This document shows positions 1 through 12,739 of a stretch of 64,000 nucleotides of DNA, in pieces. Made by a program: the position numbers and the translations under genes. Source of the stretch: Tubulanus polymorphus (lineage: Eukaryota; Animalia; Nemertea); assembly GCF_964204645.1 (NCBI RefSeq), contig NC_134025.1, positions 15,500,001 through 15,564,000 of the forward strand, in the 5' to 3' direction. The stretch's first letter is position 1. Each line of letters begins with the position of its first letter. Below the pieces are notes generated by a model. That model ran no database searches, was not told the origin of the DNA, and was given only the letters and a program-made list of their open reading frames with translations.

Positions 1-1038
1 AAATCGACAGAACACCAGCTAACACCTCAGTTGTCAGGTTGTTTAATTTACTTTTCGTAAGAATTTAGCGTGCTGAAGACACTGACGGAATAAATCGAAG
101 TCAGAATTCCATCAACATTGGACCCAGCATTGCCATACTTAAAGAGCATATGCCATCAAAATAGAATATTGTGTAAAATTCACTTTCAAATGTGATGTAT
201 TCGCAAATATCAAATAAGGAACTGGTTTGAATTTTAGTTCAGCCATTACTGAGAAATATGACTTTCAAATCGTCAATTTCAGCACATGCTCACTGTTATT
301 GTTTATCTTAGCTGGTGCGTGTTTCTGACGTCATCTCTGACAAACGCTCGCGGCTTCCAGTCATTTCATTAGACATTTCATGCGATATTTTATCGTTTTG
401 GGAGTGATTTGAATTAATAAACTCTTACAATTGTATAGTGTTGCTACCGTTGTATATGACGTGAGTAGCACTGTAGGTTAGTGAATACAGTGAACAAATG
501 GTGTTTATTTCATCGATTAAACATAGGCTACGCATACTAGCGTGCACATGTGCTTGTTTTGATTGTCATAGTTAACATCATAAATAGCGCCACCAGCTGG
601 TTGAATATGAACTATACGCACCGAGTGAAGGATAAATAGATGACTATTCTGCTAACTATTATGGCTAATTCGTGCTCCTTTTTTCAATACGTCACATCTC
701 AGGTCGTTATATGTATACTAAAGTTTCTTCTGGTTAAGAAATCGCGGAAAGTACAATTTTGATGGCATTTCCCTTTAACTGGATTCATACACTACATTAG
801 ATAGTTCAACGATATTCAGCAAAAAACATGAACTTCACTTACCCAAGACGTCAAAATGACGTGTATCCCTTGTGCAATTTCTTGCTCAGCTAAACTGGTT
901 GTTTGGAGAATACCCGAGCTGGTGAGGGTATTTCCCTGGTTTTCCCTCAACAACCAATCAGAGTGCAGCTTTCTCACAATGACGTCACAAGCGCGATCAG
1001 GCAGGCCGCAGCCTATACCGTTGAAGAGCAGTGATTAG
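1..1038. repeat. Dispersed repeat copy (second copy at about 30630-31053), interrupted by a TTAA MITE at 143-774
   Basis: 1-142 plus 775-1038 align by eye to 30630-31053 (e.g. aacaccagctaaca, tcaacattggac, caatcagagtgcagctttctcacaatgacgtc, ttgaagagcagtgattag). Confidence 0.85.
143..774. mobile_element. Non-autonomous TTAA-flanked DNA transposon (Kolobok-like MITE)
   Basis: TTAA at 139-142 and 775-778; termini agagcatatgccatcaaaa versus reverse complement agggaaatgccatcaaaa; the empty site with a single TTAA is at 30790-30793 in the paralogous repeat. TTAA TSD plus AG termini fits Kolobok. Confidence 0.85.
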
Positions 1039-1532
1039 CTGAAAGAGCCCACGTGATCTTCGGATGGAACATATATTAGCGAAAAAATACCGAACAGTAC
1101 AAAAGACGAGTTTACGTGCACGGCATTTTGTGAGCAAGTTATTTCCGGAAAGGTCTCCAGGCCATTATGAAGACTTTGTCGTCGACAAAGTCAAAACAAT
1201 TTATAATTTTAGTGAGGGTCAGGTCAATAACACTAAAACATTACATGATGGTGTATGTTTAATCCAGTATCAAAATTAAACGTAAATATACTCTAGAGTT
1301 TACGCATTTATAATTCAAAAAGATTTCATTACAGGCCTACTCCTTACTTTAAAGATTTGAAATATGTGCGATTGCCATTGCTTTCCCATGGCGGTGCGCA
1401 GTCCAGGGTTCACTGCTGACCCAAATTCACTGCCAAGTACAGCAACTCTTTATGAAATGAGCTAATTTTCGAGTTATTTACCATATGCAACACTTATGCT
1501 ATTTTGATAAAATGGAGTACGGATTGATTTTA

Positions 1533-1713
1533 CAGTACAACTCATTTAATTCGGACTAATTGGGACTGGAAAGTTTTGTCCGAAATTATGAGAAATCCAA
1601 ATTATGAGCCAATTGATTTGAAATAAATGGAATTTTAGTCCTAAATTCCTGGAATTTTGGTCCTAAATAAATGGAAATCCGTATAAAACCGATCTGAATT
1701 AAAAGAGTGACTG
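1533..1713. mobile_element. Small Tc1/mariner-pogo (Tigger-like) MITE
   Basis: TA|CAGT...ACTG|TA termini; imperfect TIR cagtacaactcatttaattcgga / cagtcactcttttaattcaga. Confidence 0.7.
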
Positions 1714-2371
1714 TACCATTAAATATTTAAGGGCTAGGGAGAAAATAAAATAAAAACAAGGAGCCAGTGGACACATTGAGATTCGGCTTCGAAAGAAGGT
1801 AGTCATGTACTAAATAAATTGTCATGGGATGATGACATGCTTCTCATAAAAGAAGAGTGATTGACCCAACACTGGACCAAGAAACCAAAAAATTCATCGA
1901 GGGAACTTATTTGGACCAGTGCCTGCTATAATATATGAATAAACATTCAAGTTCTAGCGTTTGCACGAATTATGAATCTGGTTACACACTATCATTTTGG
2001 CCTTTGCAAAGCTGTCAGTTACAACACATGAAACTGGAGACCAAGCAGCAGGAGTAGTATATTTTTCTTATTAACTTTCTTTATTGCCACCCTCAAAGGT
2101 AAATGTACTACAGTCATGGGATTCTATTTCATCTGTAGTTTCTGTATATTCGTCATCTGAAGGGAATAAAGGCAAGAAAGTTAACTTATATGAATAGAAA
2201 CACTTGTTCTGGTTATTATTGGTGGTATAACTTGCTATTGCTTTAAATTTTTAAACTCGATATACTAAGTCATGTGGAACTTGAATGGAGCCATTGATTT
2301 CAATCAGTAGCATATATTTTATTGGGTTTATAGTATGCAAGCAACTGCGTTAAGGTAGGACCTAAATGTAA

Positions 2372-4066
2372 GAGGTGAAGGTTTAATATCAGTGTATATA
2401 TGGTAAGTGGTGAAGGGTTAATATCAGTGTATGGTAAGTGGTGAATGGTTATTATCGGTGTATGATAAGCGTTGAAGGGTTAATATCGGTGTATGGTAAG
2501 TGGTGAATGGTTAATATCGGTGTATGGTAAGTGGGGAATGGTTAATATTGGTGTATGGTAAGTGGTGAAGGGTTACTATCAGTGTATGGTAAGTGGTGAA
2601 TGGTTAATATCAGTGTATGGTAAGTGGTGAAGGGTTATTATCAGTGTAAGGTGAGTAGTAAAGGGTAAATATCAGTGTATGGTGAGTAGTGAAGGATAAA
2701 TATCAGTGTATGGTGAGAAGTGAAGGGTTAATATCAGTGTATGGTGAGAAGTGAAGGGTTAATATCAGTGTATATATGGTACGTGGTGAAGAGTTATCAG
2801 TGTATGGTAAGTCTTGAAGGGTTAATATCCGTGTATGGTAAGTAGTGAAGGGTTATTATCAGTGTATGGTGAGAAGTGAAGGGTTAATATCAGTGTATGG
2901 TGAGAAGTGAAGTGTTAATATCAGTGTATGGTGAGAAGTGAAGGGTTAATATCAGTGTATCTATGGTACGTGGTGAAGAGTTATCAGTGTATGGTAAGTC
3001 TTGAAGGGTTAATATCCGTGTATGGTAAGTAGTGAAGGGTTATTATCAGTGTATGGTGAGAAGTGAAGGGTTAATATCAGTGTATGGTGAGAAGTGAAGT
3101 GTTAATATCAGTGTACGGTGAGTAGTGTAGGGTTAATATCAGTGTATGGTGAGTAGTGACGGGTTAATATTGGTGTATGGTGAGTGGTGAAGGGTTAATA
3201 TCGATGTTTGGTAAGTGGCGAAGGGTTAATATTAGTTTATGGTTAGTGGTGAAGGATTAATATCAGTGTGTATATGGTAAGTGGTGAAGGGTTAATATCA
3301 GTGTATGGTAAGTGGTGAATGGTTATTATCGGTGTATGATAAGCGTTGAAGGGTTAATATCGGTGTATGGTAAGTGGTGAATGGTTAATATCGGTGTATG
3401 GTAAGTGGGGAATGGTTAATATTGGTGTATGGTAAGTGGTGAAGGGTTACTATCAGTGTATGGTAAGTGGTGAATGGTTAATATCAGTGTATGGTAAGTG
3501 GTGAAGGGTTATTATCAGTGTAAGGTGAGTAGTAAAGGGTAAATATCAGTGTATGGTGAGTAGTGAAGGATAAATATCAGTGTATGGTGAGAAGTGAAGG
3601 GTTAATATCAGTGTATGGTGAGAAGTGAAGGGTTAATATCAGTGTATATATGGTACGTGGTGAAGAGTTATCAGTGTATGGTAAGTCTTGAAGGGTTAAT
3701 ATCAGTGTATGGTAATTGTTGAAGGGTTAATATCAGTGTATTGTAAGTGGTGAAGGGGAAATATCGGTGTATGGTAAGTGGTGAAGGGTTAATATCCGTG
3801 TATGGTAAGTAGTGAAGGGTTATTATCAGTGTATGGTGAGAAGTGAAGGGTTAATATCAGTGTATGGTGAGAAGTGAAGTGTTAATATCAGTGTACGGTG
3901 AGTAGTGTAGGGTTAATATCAGTGTATGGTGAGTAGTGACGGGTTAATATCGGTGTATGGTGAGTGGTGAAGGGTTAATATCGATGTTTGGTAAGTGGCG
4001 AAGGGTTAATATTAGTTTATGGTTAGTGGTGAAGGATTAATATCAGTGTATGGTGAGAAGTGAAGA
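2372..4066 (+). repeat. 31-bp minisatellite (consensus ggtaagtggtgaagggttaatatcagtgtat), about 1.7 kb, with higher-order duplication
   Basis: Unit starts at 2402 and 2433 (period 31); variant units recur in the same order (tatgataagcgttgaa at 2461 and 3335). Confidence 0.97.
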
Positions 4067-4100
4067 GCACAATTAGTCAAAATGGAATGTAAATTATTAA

Positions 4101-4515
4101 CTCTATGCCAGCCATGCCTATTTTTCAGGAAATGCTGCGCTTTGCCAGGATTTCCGTGTTTTTCAGAGATTCATAAAACAAAAACTTAAAGAGATATCGT
4201 CATCAAATTTGTTTTATTTTGTTCATCTGGTCTTGCTTTTTCATGTAAAGTAAGAAGCATTTCTTCTATAAGTGATAAAATCTGCAGCAATCACTAGTGC
4301 GGGAGGGGGTATTTTGCATAAAATATGCCTATTCATGCGTGTTCAGACCCCATTTCAATAGATGACGTCACTAACACACATCATTGAATGACTGATGATA
4401 GTTTGTTTTAGTAATAAAGGCATTAAACTAACTGGCCTTGTGCGATGAATTCGCCATCTATCGTTAAGGTTAAGAAACAAGTCAACCGTACCAGTACTGT
4501 TTGGCAGGCAATGAG
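4101..4515. mobile_element. TTAA-flanked MITE (piggyBac-like)
   Basis: TTAA at 4097-4100 and 4516-4519; termini ctctatgccagcca / reverse complement ctcattgcctgcca. Confidence 0.7.
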
Positions 4516-6038
4516 TTAACGGTGCATAAACAGGGTTATTGCAGGGCATTTTAAGCAGGCATTATAATGGGGTTTCAATAGACCTTTTATAACCCCGGGG
4601 TTTCAAAAAACTTCTATATAAAGCCTAAGCCTATACTGGTATGTATTTCTTGTTGAAAAATGAATAAACTCAAGGATGAAAATAAAGTAGCCTTATATTT
4701 TATTGGAATATTTATTAAGCCCAAGCGCCAAAAACGGTAACTTCAGCAGTAGTGTTTTTTTTAAATGAACTGAATTGCGTCTGTGGTTGTACAACTATGT
4801 ATGTATCATTGCCTGTATAACATCGATGACTGTAGGGCTACTGTACTCTGCTGAGTGCATATATGTGACCAAATGCATTCAAAGAAAGGCGAAGCATCAC
4901 TGAACTAAGCGTTTGCATAATTCACGGACCGAATAATATGATAAAAACACATCATCGTGGATTCAACACCACTGTCGGCTAGTTATATCCTAACATCACC
5001 TGCAAGTGCAGGCCGAGCTAGCGAAAAATAAATAAAGGACCAATGGCCCAGTGGCTTGCCAAACGGGTGTGAAGCAAAAATCTGTGACGTAGGCTACCGG
5101 TATGCAAAAAATCATTTCATTGAAAATTAAACAAGAAAAAAATATATAAAAAAGGACTCTATTTTGATCGGTGTGAACTTTTAATGATAACTGACTTTTA
5201 ACGAGAATGAAATCTTTGCAAAATTGATTATGGGCCTTTTGACTGAACAAATGTTCATAATTGTAATACATCCCTTGAATGATATTAAACAACTAAAACT
5301 ATGAGTGACCCGATGAAATACGGTAAAAACTTGGTGAGAGCCTGGGTTTCATCAGAGGTTTTTCATTTTTATCATACGTGCGTACTCTATACATGCACGC
5401 AGTTAACATGACAGTATAAGGCTATATTGCCTGCGCGACTGTACATGACAGTTTTCAACGGGAACGCTCCACTGTGCCCCAGTTAACAAACTAATACAAA
5501 TAATCAGGCTCCAAAACGGATCGCTAATGCAAACGTTAATAAAATGACTTCAATTAATGATGATAAAACAAGTATTCCAGTCGTGTAAATATCAGACGTT
5601 ACCTTACACACGGGATATCAAAACTAGATGAATCATTGAACACATCGCACACAATAAATCGTTGTATCATACGCCTTGAATATCAGTATTCGCGCTAGAA
5701 ATGATGAATATCAACCTATTCAATCATGCCATTTTGTTTGTGAAATAACACGCACCAGCTAACTCCACCTCGTTCAATGTTATGACGCCATGATGGAAGT
5801 CAAAACCGGCTCAACACAAATTTTATAGAACCAAGATTTTGAGGGGTTTCGTCTTTGAAAGCCCATAACTACCGAACCAAGCGTCGGATATTGATGATAT
5901 AAAGTTCTTCCAACGCAAATAGCATTGAATTTTCACATGCGTTATTTTGGACATTTAAAGATGCTGCATAAACCCGTGCTCAAATAAATGGAATTTTTGA
6001 AACTTTTTGGAAAATTTCTCAAATAATATGATAATTAT

Positions 6039-6260
6039 TTGGAGGCAAACCCTACCAAAACAGAGGCTATACTGTTTGGTACTGCCCAGCGATTGTCATC
6101 TATAAATGTTAAGTCAATATGTGTTGTTGGTGTCGTTGTTCCTATATCTAAACAACCAGTCAAAAATCTCGGAGTGTTATTGCTGCTATCTATGAAACCT
6201 CAGGTCAATGCTATTCTCAAATCTGGTTATTTTCACCTACATAACATTTCATTAGTGCAA
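6039..6260 (+). pseudogene. Fragment of LINE (L2/CR1 group) reverse transcriptase C-terminal region
   Basis: NPTKTEAILFG...VKNLGV...SGYFHLHNI matches the LNxxKTE / VxxLGV / xxxYxLRxI pattern of non-LTR RT domains 6-8. Confidence 0.75.
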
Positions 6261-6524
6261 AGTGTGGTACCTTGAAAGCTAGAGGTTGTTTGGGGTAAGT
6301 GGATTGCTTGAAAAATCTTTTTAATTCGTGAGTTCAAAGTTCCACAAGTTTATATTGTATTTTATCTTTCTTAAAGAATTATTTTGTAGTCAAATAAGAC
6401 CAAAGATATACATTTGTTTACGGTCCACGTCCAAAATTTTGTAGGGTACAGATAGGTGCGGCAGGGAAACTATTTTATATTTTCAAAAAAATATGTTTCA
6501 CAATATGAAAAAATATTCAAATAC

Positions 6525-7086
6525 GGCCATCCCAAAATAATTGTCTGTTTGCCATAACACCGACTCAACTTTTCAGCATGAGTCGATAGGTAGGTAGAAA
6601 TTTTTTTTGCAAAATTTTTGGGCAACAAAAACAAATTTTTCACCTTTGGGCTTTTTTACATGAAAAAAATCATCTATGTTGTGCACGCGAAATTTGTCTA
6701 ATAGTTTAGATTTCAAGAATTATTCTAAAATTATTAATTCGTCCAGAGCGTCATCTCTGTGTTAAATATGAAACAGTACATTGAATATGTGAACGCTTTT
6801 ACGTAACCAGCTTTAATTTAGTCACTATTAGAATGAATGGCAGCTTATTGGAACACGGCCAGTTTTCTGGAAAACTTAAACTAGGCCACATGTCAAGGCA
6901 TGTTTTCACACGATGCACACTTGAATTCAAACATACGTAGCTCATACGTCGGCAGTAGGTCGGTCGGTCGGCCGTTTTTATCAAAAATAAAATTCATTTC
7001 AATGAATCAGAAAAAAGTTTTCACTCGGTACATTTGAAGTCGGGTCGGTCGGGTTACAGCAAACAGACTATTATTTTGGGATGGCC
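6525..7086. mobile_element. MITE with about 40-bp TIRs (GGCC termini, PIF/Harbinger-like)
   Basis: ggccatcccaaaataattgtctgtttgccataacaccgac versus terminal gtcgggttacagcaaacagactattattttgggatggcc; TSD degraded. Confidence 0.8.
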
Positions 7087-7169
7087 TGAAATTCATATGA
7101 TGTCACATATCAGAGGGTGGCTGAATATCGGTTGGAAACCTCTTTCAATGTTGGCCGCGGAAGCTAAAA

Positions 7170-7330
7170 TACCGGTACAGAAGAAATCAGCTATAAGATC
7201 GTTTTAAATCCTGGAATTTACCACTACAATATTCAGACCTCGACAGACCTTATAGTTTGCTGCTTAGTATTTTCAGGTCACAAGAAATTACAATTTATTA
7301 CAAATTCTATCGAACAGAAAACACAGTGCT
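7170..7330 (-). mobile_element. Decayed inverted relative of the pogo-like MITE at 12740-13327
   Basis: agtattttcaggtcacaagaaa is the reverse complement of tttcttgtgacctgaaaatact at about 13212. Confidence 0.6.
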
Positions 7331-7715
7331 CATCTGCTACGATTATTCAGCCTATTTTCATGTCAAACGTGCACGCGTTACAGCATCACCCTAAGTAGTG
7401 TACTGTACGAGATTGTGTGTGTGTCGTGTAGCACTTCACGCGCACGTGGAGGCCTCGTGGAAGTGAATATTCGCTTACACCTTAATCAATGTCAATCAGA
7501 ACAATCACTGGGTATTAAAATGAAACAATACCTATGGCGGATGTGTGAAATAATTATATCCTCACCAGCAATGAGCATTTGAAATCCGCACGTATACGGC
7601 ACCTAGTCCAAAGAAACGTACACCATTCTATGGCTTTCCCATAATTATTTTAGTAGCCCCGGAATTCCCCGTATATCCCAAAAACAGCCAATCCCATTCG
7701 CTTGTAGAGACGACG

Positions 7716-8460
7716 CCCCCCAATCGAGGTCATTGCAATTTTATACGCCACTAAGAATTTTCCCGCCAAAAACAGTTTTTCGTAGAATTTAAACTCAGTT
7801 GACCGTGTCATCGATGGAGGTTCGTCATGTCTTCAATCGCATCGATTATATGTCGTTTAAGCTGAGAACCAATGAAACAAATGCTCACATCAAAAAACGT
7901 ACCGCGATTTTACATGAATTGGCTCAATGCCAACTTCAATATCGCTAACAAAGGTAAACCAAAAATGGTGTTGTTGCCGCGGGCTCTGGCTGTAGCCATC
8001 GTCTATAATTTTTTCAAAGAAAGAATGTATTTTGTAGTCAAAATAAGACAATGACAAGACAAAGCCAAGGTAGGACTATAGAAATTGCCATATTTACTAA
8101 GTTCAAGATACTAAAGTAGATAGCCGACTCAATTCTGATCCTCACAAACAAGCAAACTATAAGCTAACTAAGCACGGCACGAATGTCAAATGCATTGCTC
8201 GGCATTTTGCAACTTTGCCATAATAACATCATAGGCGCCGAGCTAAGAATTTTCCCGCCAAAAACAGTTTTTCGTAGAATTTTAACTCAGTTAACCATGT
8301 CATCGACAGAGGTTCGCCATGTCTTCAATCGCATCGATTATACGTCGTTTAAGCCGAGATCCAATGAAACAAATGCTCACATAAAAAACGTACCGCGATT
8401 TTACATGAATTGGCTCAATGCCAACTTCATATCGCTGACAAAGGTAAACCAAAAACCAAG
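7716..8460 (+). repeat. Two local copies (about 7716-7965 and 8242-8455) of a dispersed repeat; third copy at about 29915-30085
   Basis: Shared ctaagaattttcccgccaaaaa...tttttcgtagaattt...catgaattggctcaatgccaacttc...aaggtaaacc in all three copies. Confidence 0.9.
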
Positions 8461-8922
8461 CATCAAAGCATTCAACTGTCAATTGTTCCATTTTTTGTCA
8501 GGGTATCCTGATATGGTACAGCTTAGAATTAACCTAATGTATGGCACCGTATGTTTTTAGCTTTTAAACTAGGCACTGCAATCAGATTAATAATTAAGAT
8601 AATCTAAGCAATTACTAATAGAATAATATGTACATGTATTAGTTTGTATCTATTCATTTCTTGAAAAGTGTCGAAATCGATTGAAACATATCAACAAGTC
8701 TTTGCTTATTTTACTTTGATATAGTTTTACTTTGATTTATTTCTCTTTGATTTATTTTAGTTTGTTGTTCTGTTATTAATATCTGCTCATTCACTTAGTT
8801 ATTAATTATCATTTTCACGTCACTCATTAACTTATTTGTAATTACCCTGCTCACTCAGGTCTTTAATTAGTGTCATTCCGCCTATCAATACTGTTGTTTT
8901 TCCATTGATTATTATACTCATT

Positions 8923-8963
8923 CACCTGATGAAGCTTCTATACATCAGTAGCGAAAGCTCATG
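8923..8963 (+). ncRNA. Minimal hammerhead-ribozyme-like motif (Penelope pLTR type)
   Basis: CTGATGA-a-gct...agc-GAAA-gc-TC core in a T-rich segment followed by aataaa; stem I is weak. Confidence 0.45.
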
Positions 8964-9168
8964 CCTCAAATAAATAGTTAACCTTTAAAGTACTACTCTT
9001 CTCATTACTTGTCTCATTTATTTCAGGCCTTTCCAGGCTTTTTCAGATAACTATGAACCCTGGTAATATTACCATGCAACTTCCCACAACATTCCTCGAA
9101 ACATTCATTTCATGATTATTAAGTTCAATTATGAAAAATTATCAAAAGATCATGAATCACAGACTCAC

Positions 9169-9248
9169 TCATATTCTTCCTGCATGACAATCAAATGTTC
9201 ATGATAATGCTCCACCATTCTATCGAGAGTGCTTTGAGGGACCAGGAT
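9169..9248 (-). CDS. Predicted host-gene exon (ILVPQSTLDRMVEHYHEHLIVMQEEY), phase 0 to 2
   Basis: Acceptor ttgtttttttag, donor gtgagt, open frame, phase matches the end of exon 11616-11941. Confidence 0.7.
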
Positions 9249-9546
9249 CTAAAAAAACAAATTTGAATTATGTGGTCATATTTTCCTTGATACCTGTCTC
9301 GACTTTAACTTAATATAGCGAAGTTCAAAAGGGATATATTTGTAAATTTAGATGCTTAAGTTGACCAAACCCATACAAGAGGTCCATCTTGTATCTTCAG
9401 ACAATAATGACAGGTGATGGCTCGTTAAGTGAGAAAACATACATGGACCTTAAAACTTCATCGCAAAGAAAATCGAAAAATTTTGAATGCGTATCACCAT
9501 GTAACATAACCACAACTTGCGCAGAATGAGTATACATGTATACATG

Positions 9547-10752
9547 CAGGGCTGCCAACCTTTCAAAATTCCATTTAGGGATGAATGGCAGATTAATTAG
9601 GAATATTGAAGGTTTCAATAGGAATATATCGAAACTGAAGAAATTGTGACTTTTCCAAGTAGGAATATTTTGCTTTCAATTAGGAATACCTTTCACGTGT
9701 AATATATGAAAGCTGGATATGAAAATATGGAATTATTAGCAAAATAAAAAATCAGCAAATTCTACAGAATGTATTTTTTCTTTATTATTTTATGAAAGAT
9801 AAAAATCAACAGTGTTTATCAAAAATATACAATAGACTAAAAAATAAGAACATAAAACTGGCATAAATTGTCAAACGAATTACATAACACTATACAGCTG
9901 TCATGCGAATATATCCATTTCCAGCATCAATTCCATGATACTGTCCAAGAGAGACTCCACGTACAGAACTGAAAGATACAAACAGTAAAAAGTCTATAAA
10001 TCTACATGCTACTCGATGGTGCTGCCATCTGCCAAATATGCGAACTAAAAGTTTACTTTGAGATGCACTGCTCAAAAGCATCTTAAATTATCTTTTTAAA
10101 TCAAACTAACACAAGAGTGACAACATTAAGGTTCAAACTAGCAAAGCAATTGCTTACCGAAACATTTCAAAGAGTCCACACGTTGAAATCTAACCCGGAT
10201 CTTCGAATGCTAATCGCGCTGCGAAAACGAGCTAATTACCGCAGTAAACCGATTCTTCTCCGAAACGATGCGGAGCAATTTGACAATAACAATCACATTT
10301 TGCCACATGTCATAATATTTTCACAAAAATGATTGAAAACAACGTATTTTAAAACGAATGAACTTTATTTTTATTCTTGAAACAAATTAAAAAGCTGCTC
10401 TCCTACTACGAAATAATCGTACGCCATGCGTAGATAAAATCAATAACACAGCTACTCTCATACACACACACGCACGCACGCGCGTGCTAGTAAGCGCTGT
10501 TTATCGCCTGACCCACGTACACAGTATATAGCCACGCACTCATCCACCGCGGGCGTGCATATAAATTCCCCACCTATTCAATTCTGTTCTACCAAATCAT
10601 CATATTGTGTTACAACGCGCTGGCGGGTGGAAAATCGGACATCGCCGAAAAAGAAAAAAAAAGTCGGAATTTTGTATACCCGATCGTATCGTCGGAATTT
10701 CTTCACGCAAATCGGGAGGATTCCGAATAATTCGGGAGGGTTGGCAGCCCTG
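9547..10752. mobile_element. Non-autonomous hAT-like DNA transposon with 6-bp TSD
   Basis: TIR cagggctgccaacc / ggttggcagccctg; tacatg on both sides (9541-9546, 10753-10758). Confidence 0.85.
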
Positions 10753-10881
10753 TACATGTAACATGTAGGCTAACTTACACACATGACTGATGGTAAAGTT
10801 GCATATAGACATTCATTAGGACATATACTGCGAAGGTAATAGTAATAGAAAAATGGGCAGTCCCAGGTGCTGTGAATGACT

Positions 10882-11561
10882 TATGCAGCTGTCAATGAAT
10901 TGGATCAACCCCCCAGCTCATCCACTCAATTTAGGTGGGTACTCCATTCAACTGCAGTTCTATTTCCCTATAACTTTGCCGAGATATCCATTTGATCATC
11001 ACTCTATTTGACAATTTTCATGGCTATGGTACACTCGGCCATCACTCGACTACCTTAATTACATAACATATCTGCCTAAACGGGTACCGGTGTTATCCGG
11101 TATTCCATTCAATTGGATAGAGTGAAAATAATATTTTGATTTGCTACATTGATTTTCACGCTTCATTAACCGGTAAACTCGGAGTCCGCCATAATGAATA
11201 CCGGTATTCAATGTTTGTGTAATTCATTTATACAAACATTGAGTATCGTCTAAAACACAGCTGTGGCATAGCCACTAAAACATGGCCCCACCCAAACGTC
11301 TGGAACAAGGCGGTTTGTGACGCACATGTGATAATTTTATTTTTGCATATGGAGACTAATAAAAATTTCTTCCATCTGGGATTCGAATTTCAGTTATACG
11401 AAACTCCATCCACTCGAAAGAAGATGAAATTCCTTCCCTGTGCATTCGCACGATAATCGATTTTCACATATTTCCATGCTGCCAGTACTTGACATCGAAT
11501 CAGTCTAAAGATTGTTGAGTGGATGAGCTGGGGGTTCATCCGTTTCATTAACGGCTGCATT
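10882..11561. mobile_element. MITE with about 47-bp TIRs (TATG terminus, possibly IS3EU-like)
   Basis: atgcagctgtcaatgaattggatcaaccccccagctcatccactcaa versus reverse complement of the right end atgcagccgttaatgaaacggatgaacccccagctcatccactcaa; no clear TSD. Confidence 0.75.
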
Positions 11562-11615
11562 ATTTCAAGAAATGAAGAAAATTGATTAAGAGCGGAGAGT
11601 AGAACAATATCTCAC

Positions 11616-11941
11616 CTCATTGGATTCATTTTGATCATCTTTATCGGATTTAGACTCAGATTTAGGACTTTCTGTCTGTGAATTGGTAAGAGCTGTTATT
11701 TTGCAAGTTTCATCAAAGGATTCGATATCATTTTTTTCGTTCATATTCTGCAGCTCATGGAAATCAATCGCTGAGGAAGCTCTTTCCACCATTTCTATGA
11801 TTCCTGATTGATTATGGTCCTCAAGTGTTTGTTCTGGCGATTGCAGGGTTTTTGAATATTCTGGGGTCACACTATTAACACTTGCAGTATTTGCTAGTAT
11901 ATCATCATTGTATTGACGAATCGTTGATGAAAGTTCAGTTT
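11616..11941 (-). CDS. Predicted host-gene exon, acidic S/E/D-rich low-complexity segment, phase 1 to 0
   Basis: Acceptor gtttatttcag, donor gtgaga, 326 bp open (within ORF 11586-11954); phases match neighbouring exons. Confidence 0.75.
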
Positions 11942-12739
11942 CTGAAATAAACAATATTGCATTGAGTTAGGCATTTGAGACAACTAGACATGGGCTACAA
12001 CATAGGGTTTTGCCCAATTTTTTCAGGTTGAGATGGGTTCAGCCCATTACATAAACAAAATTCATTCACTCAATAAATTAAATTAAGTTTTTGAAGCATG
12101 TGTTAATGCTTATACTGGGGTTTTAATCACGAAAAGAAATATGGGACCATTTACTGAAGAATCATTTGCCTCAGTAAGTGTGGCCATTTCCCATTGGATA
12201 CTGTGATTTCTCTTCTTGCCCTTTCCATCCAGTATAGCTTATACAAAACACATAAGACAGTTTTCTATCGAATTTTTCAGGTTAATCTCATCACTCCATA
12301 GGTTTGGTACTCTCAAGTATCCCTGATACTTTGAAGGTTCAGTACTCCTAGGGTTTAATACTCCAAAAGTTACATCACATGGGGTTTTGCTAAAAATCAC
12401 TGATGAATGCAGATATCATGGAATTTCCACTCTTATCTTGGCTAATACAATCGAAAATAAATTTGACAAGAGGTCCATGGACCTTGAGACTTAGTTGAGA
12501 AAATTGGAAGTTCCACACAATCTGGAAAATACAAGGGCCAGGCTTGACAGATCCGATCTGACCAATACCAATAATCTGTTTTCAAAATGTTTCACTTATA
12601 TCACTGTTTATTTCATCAGCTCACAGCAGTGCATTCATATATACATGCACATTACTAGTAGTGCCTCCAGTCTATCAAAGTGACTCAGCATACAGCCCTT
12701 TCACTCATCGATATTCAGCCCAAAGGCCTATGAAATGTA

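Noticed and set aside
2072-2157. Possible terminal exon of the host gene (DEYTETTDEIESHDCSTFTFEGGNKES*)
   Set aside because: Good acceptor, but this reading needs phase 1 while exon 9169-9248 ends in phase 2, and I found no linking exon.
2372-4066. CRISPR array or telomeric repeat
   Set aside because: Units are contiguous with no unique spacers and no cas genes; the AGGGTTA motif occurs once per 31-bp unit, not as tandem hexamers.
7872-8560. ORFs 7872-8054, 8183-8560 and 29922-30269 as a small gene family
   Set aside because: Peptide similarity only reflects the shared DNA repeat; frames differ among copies.
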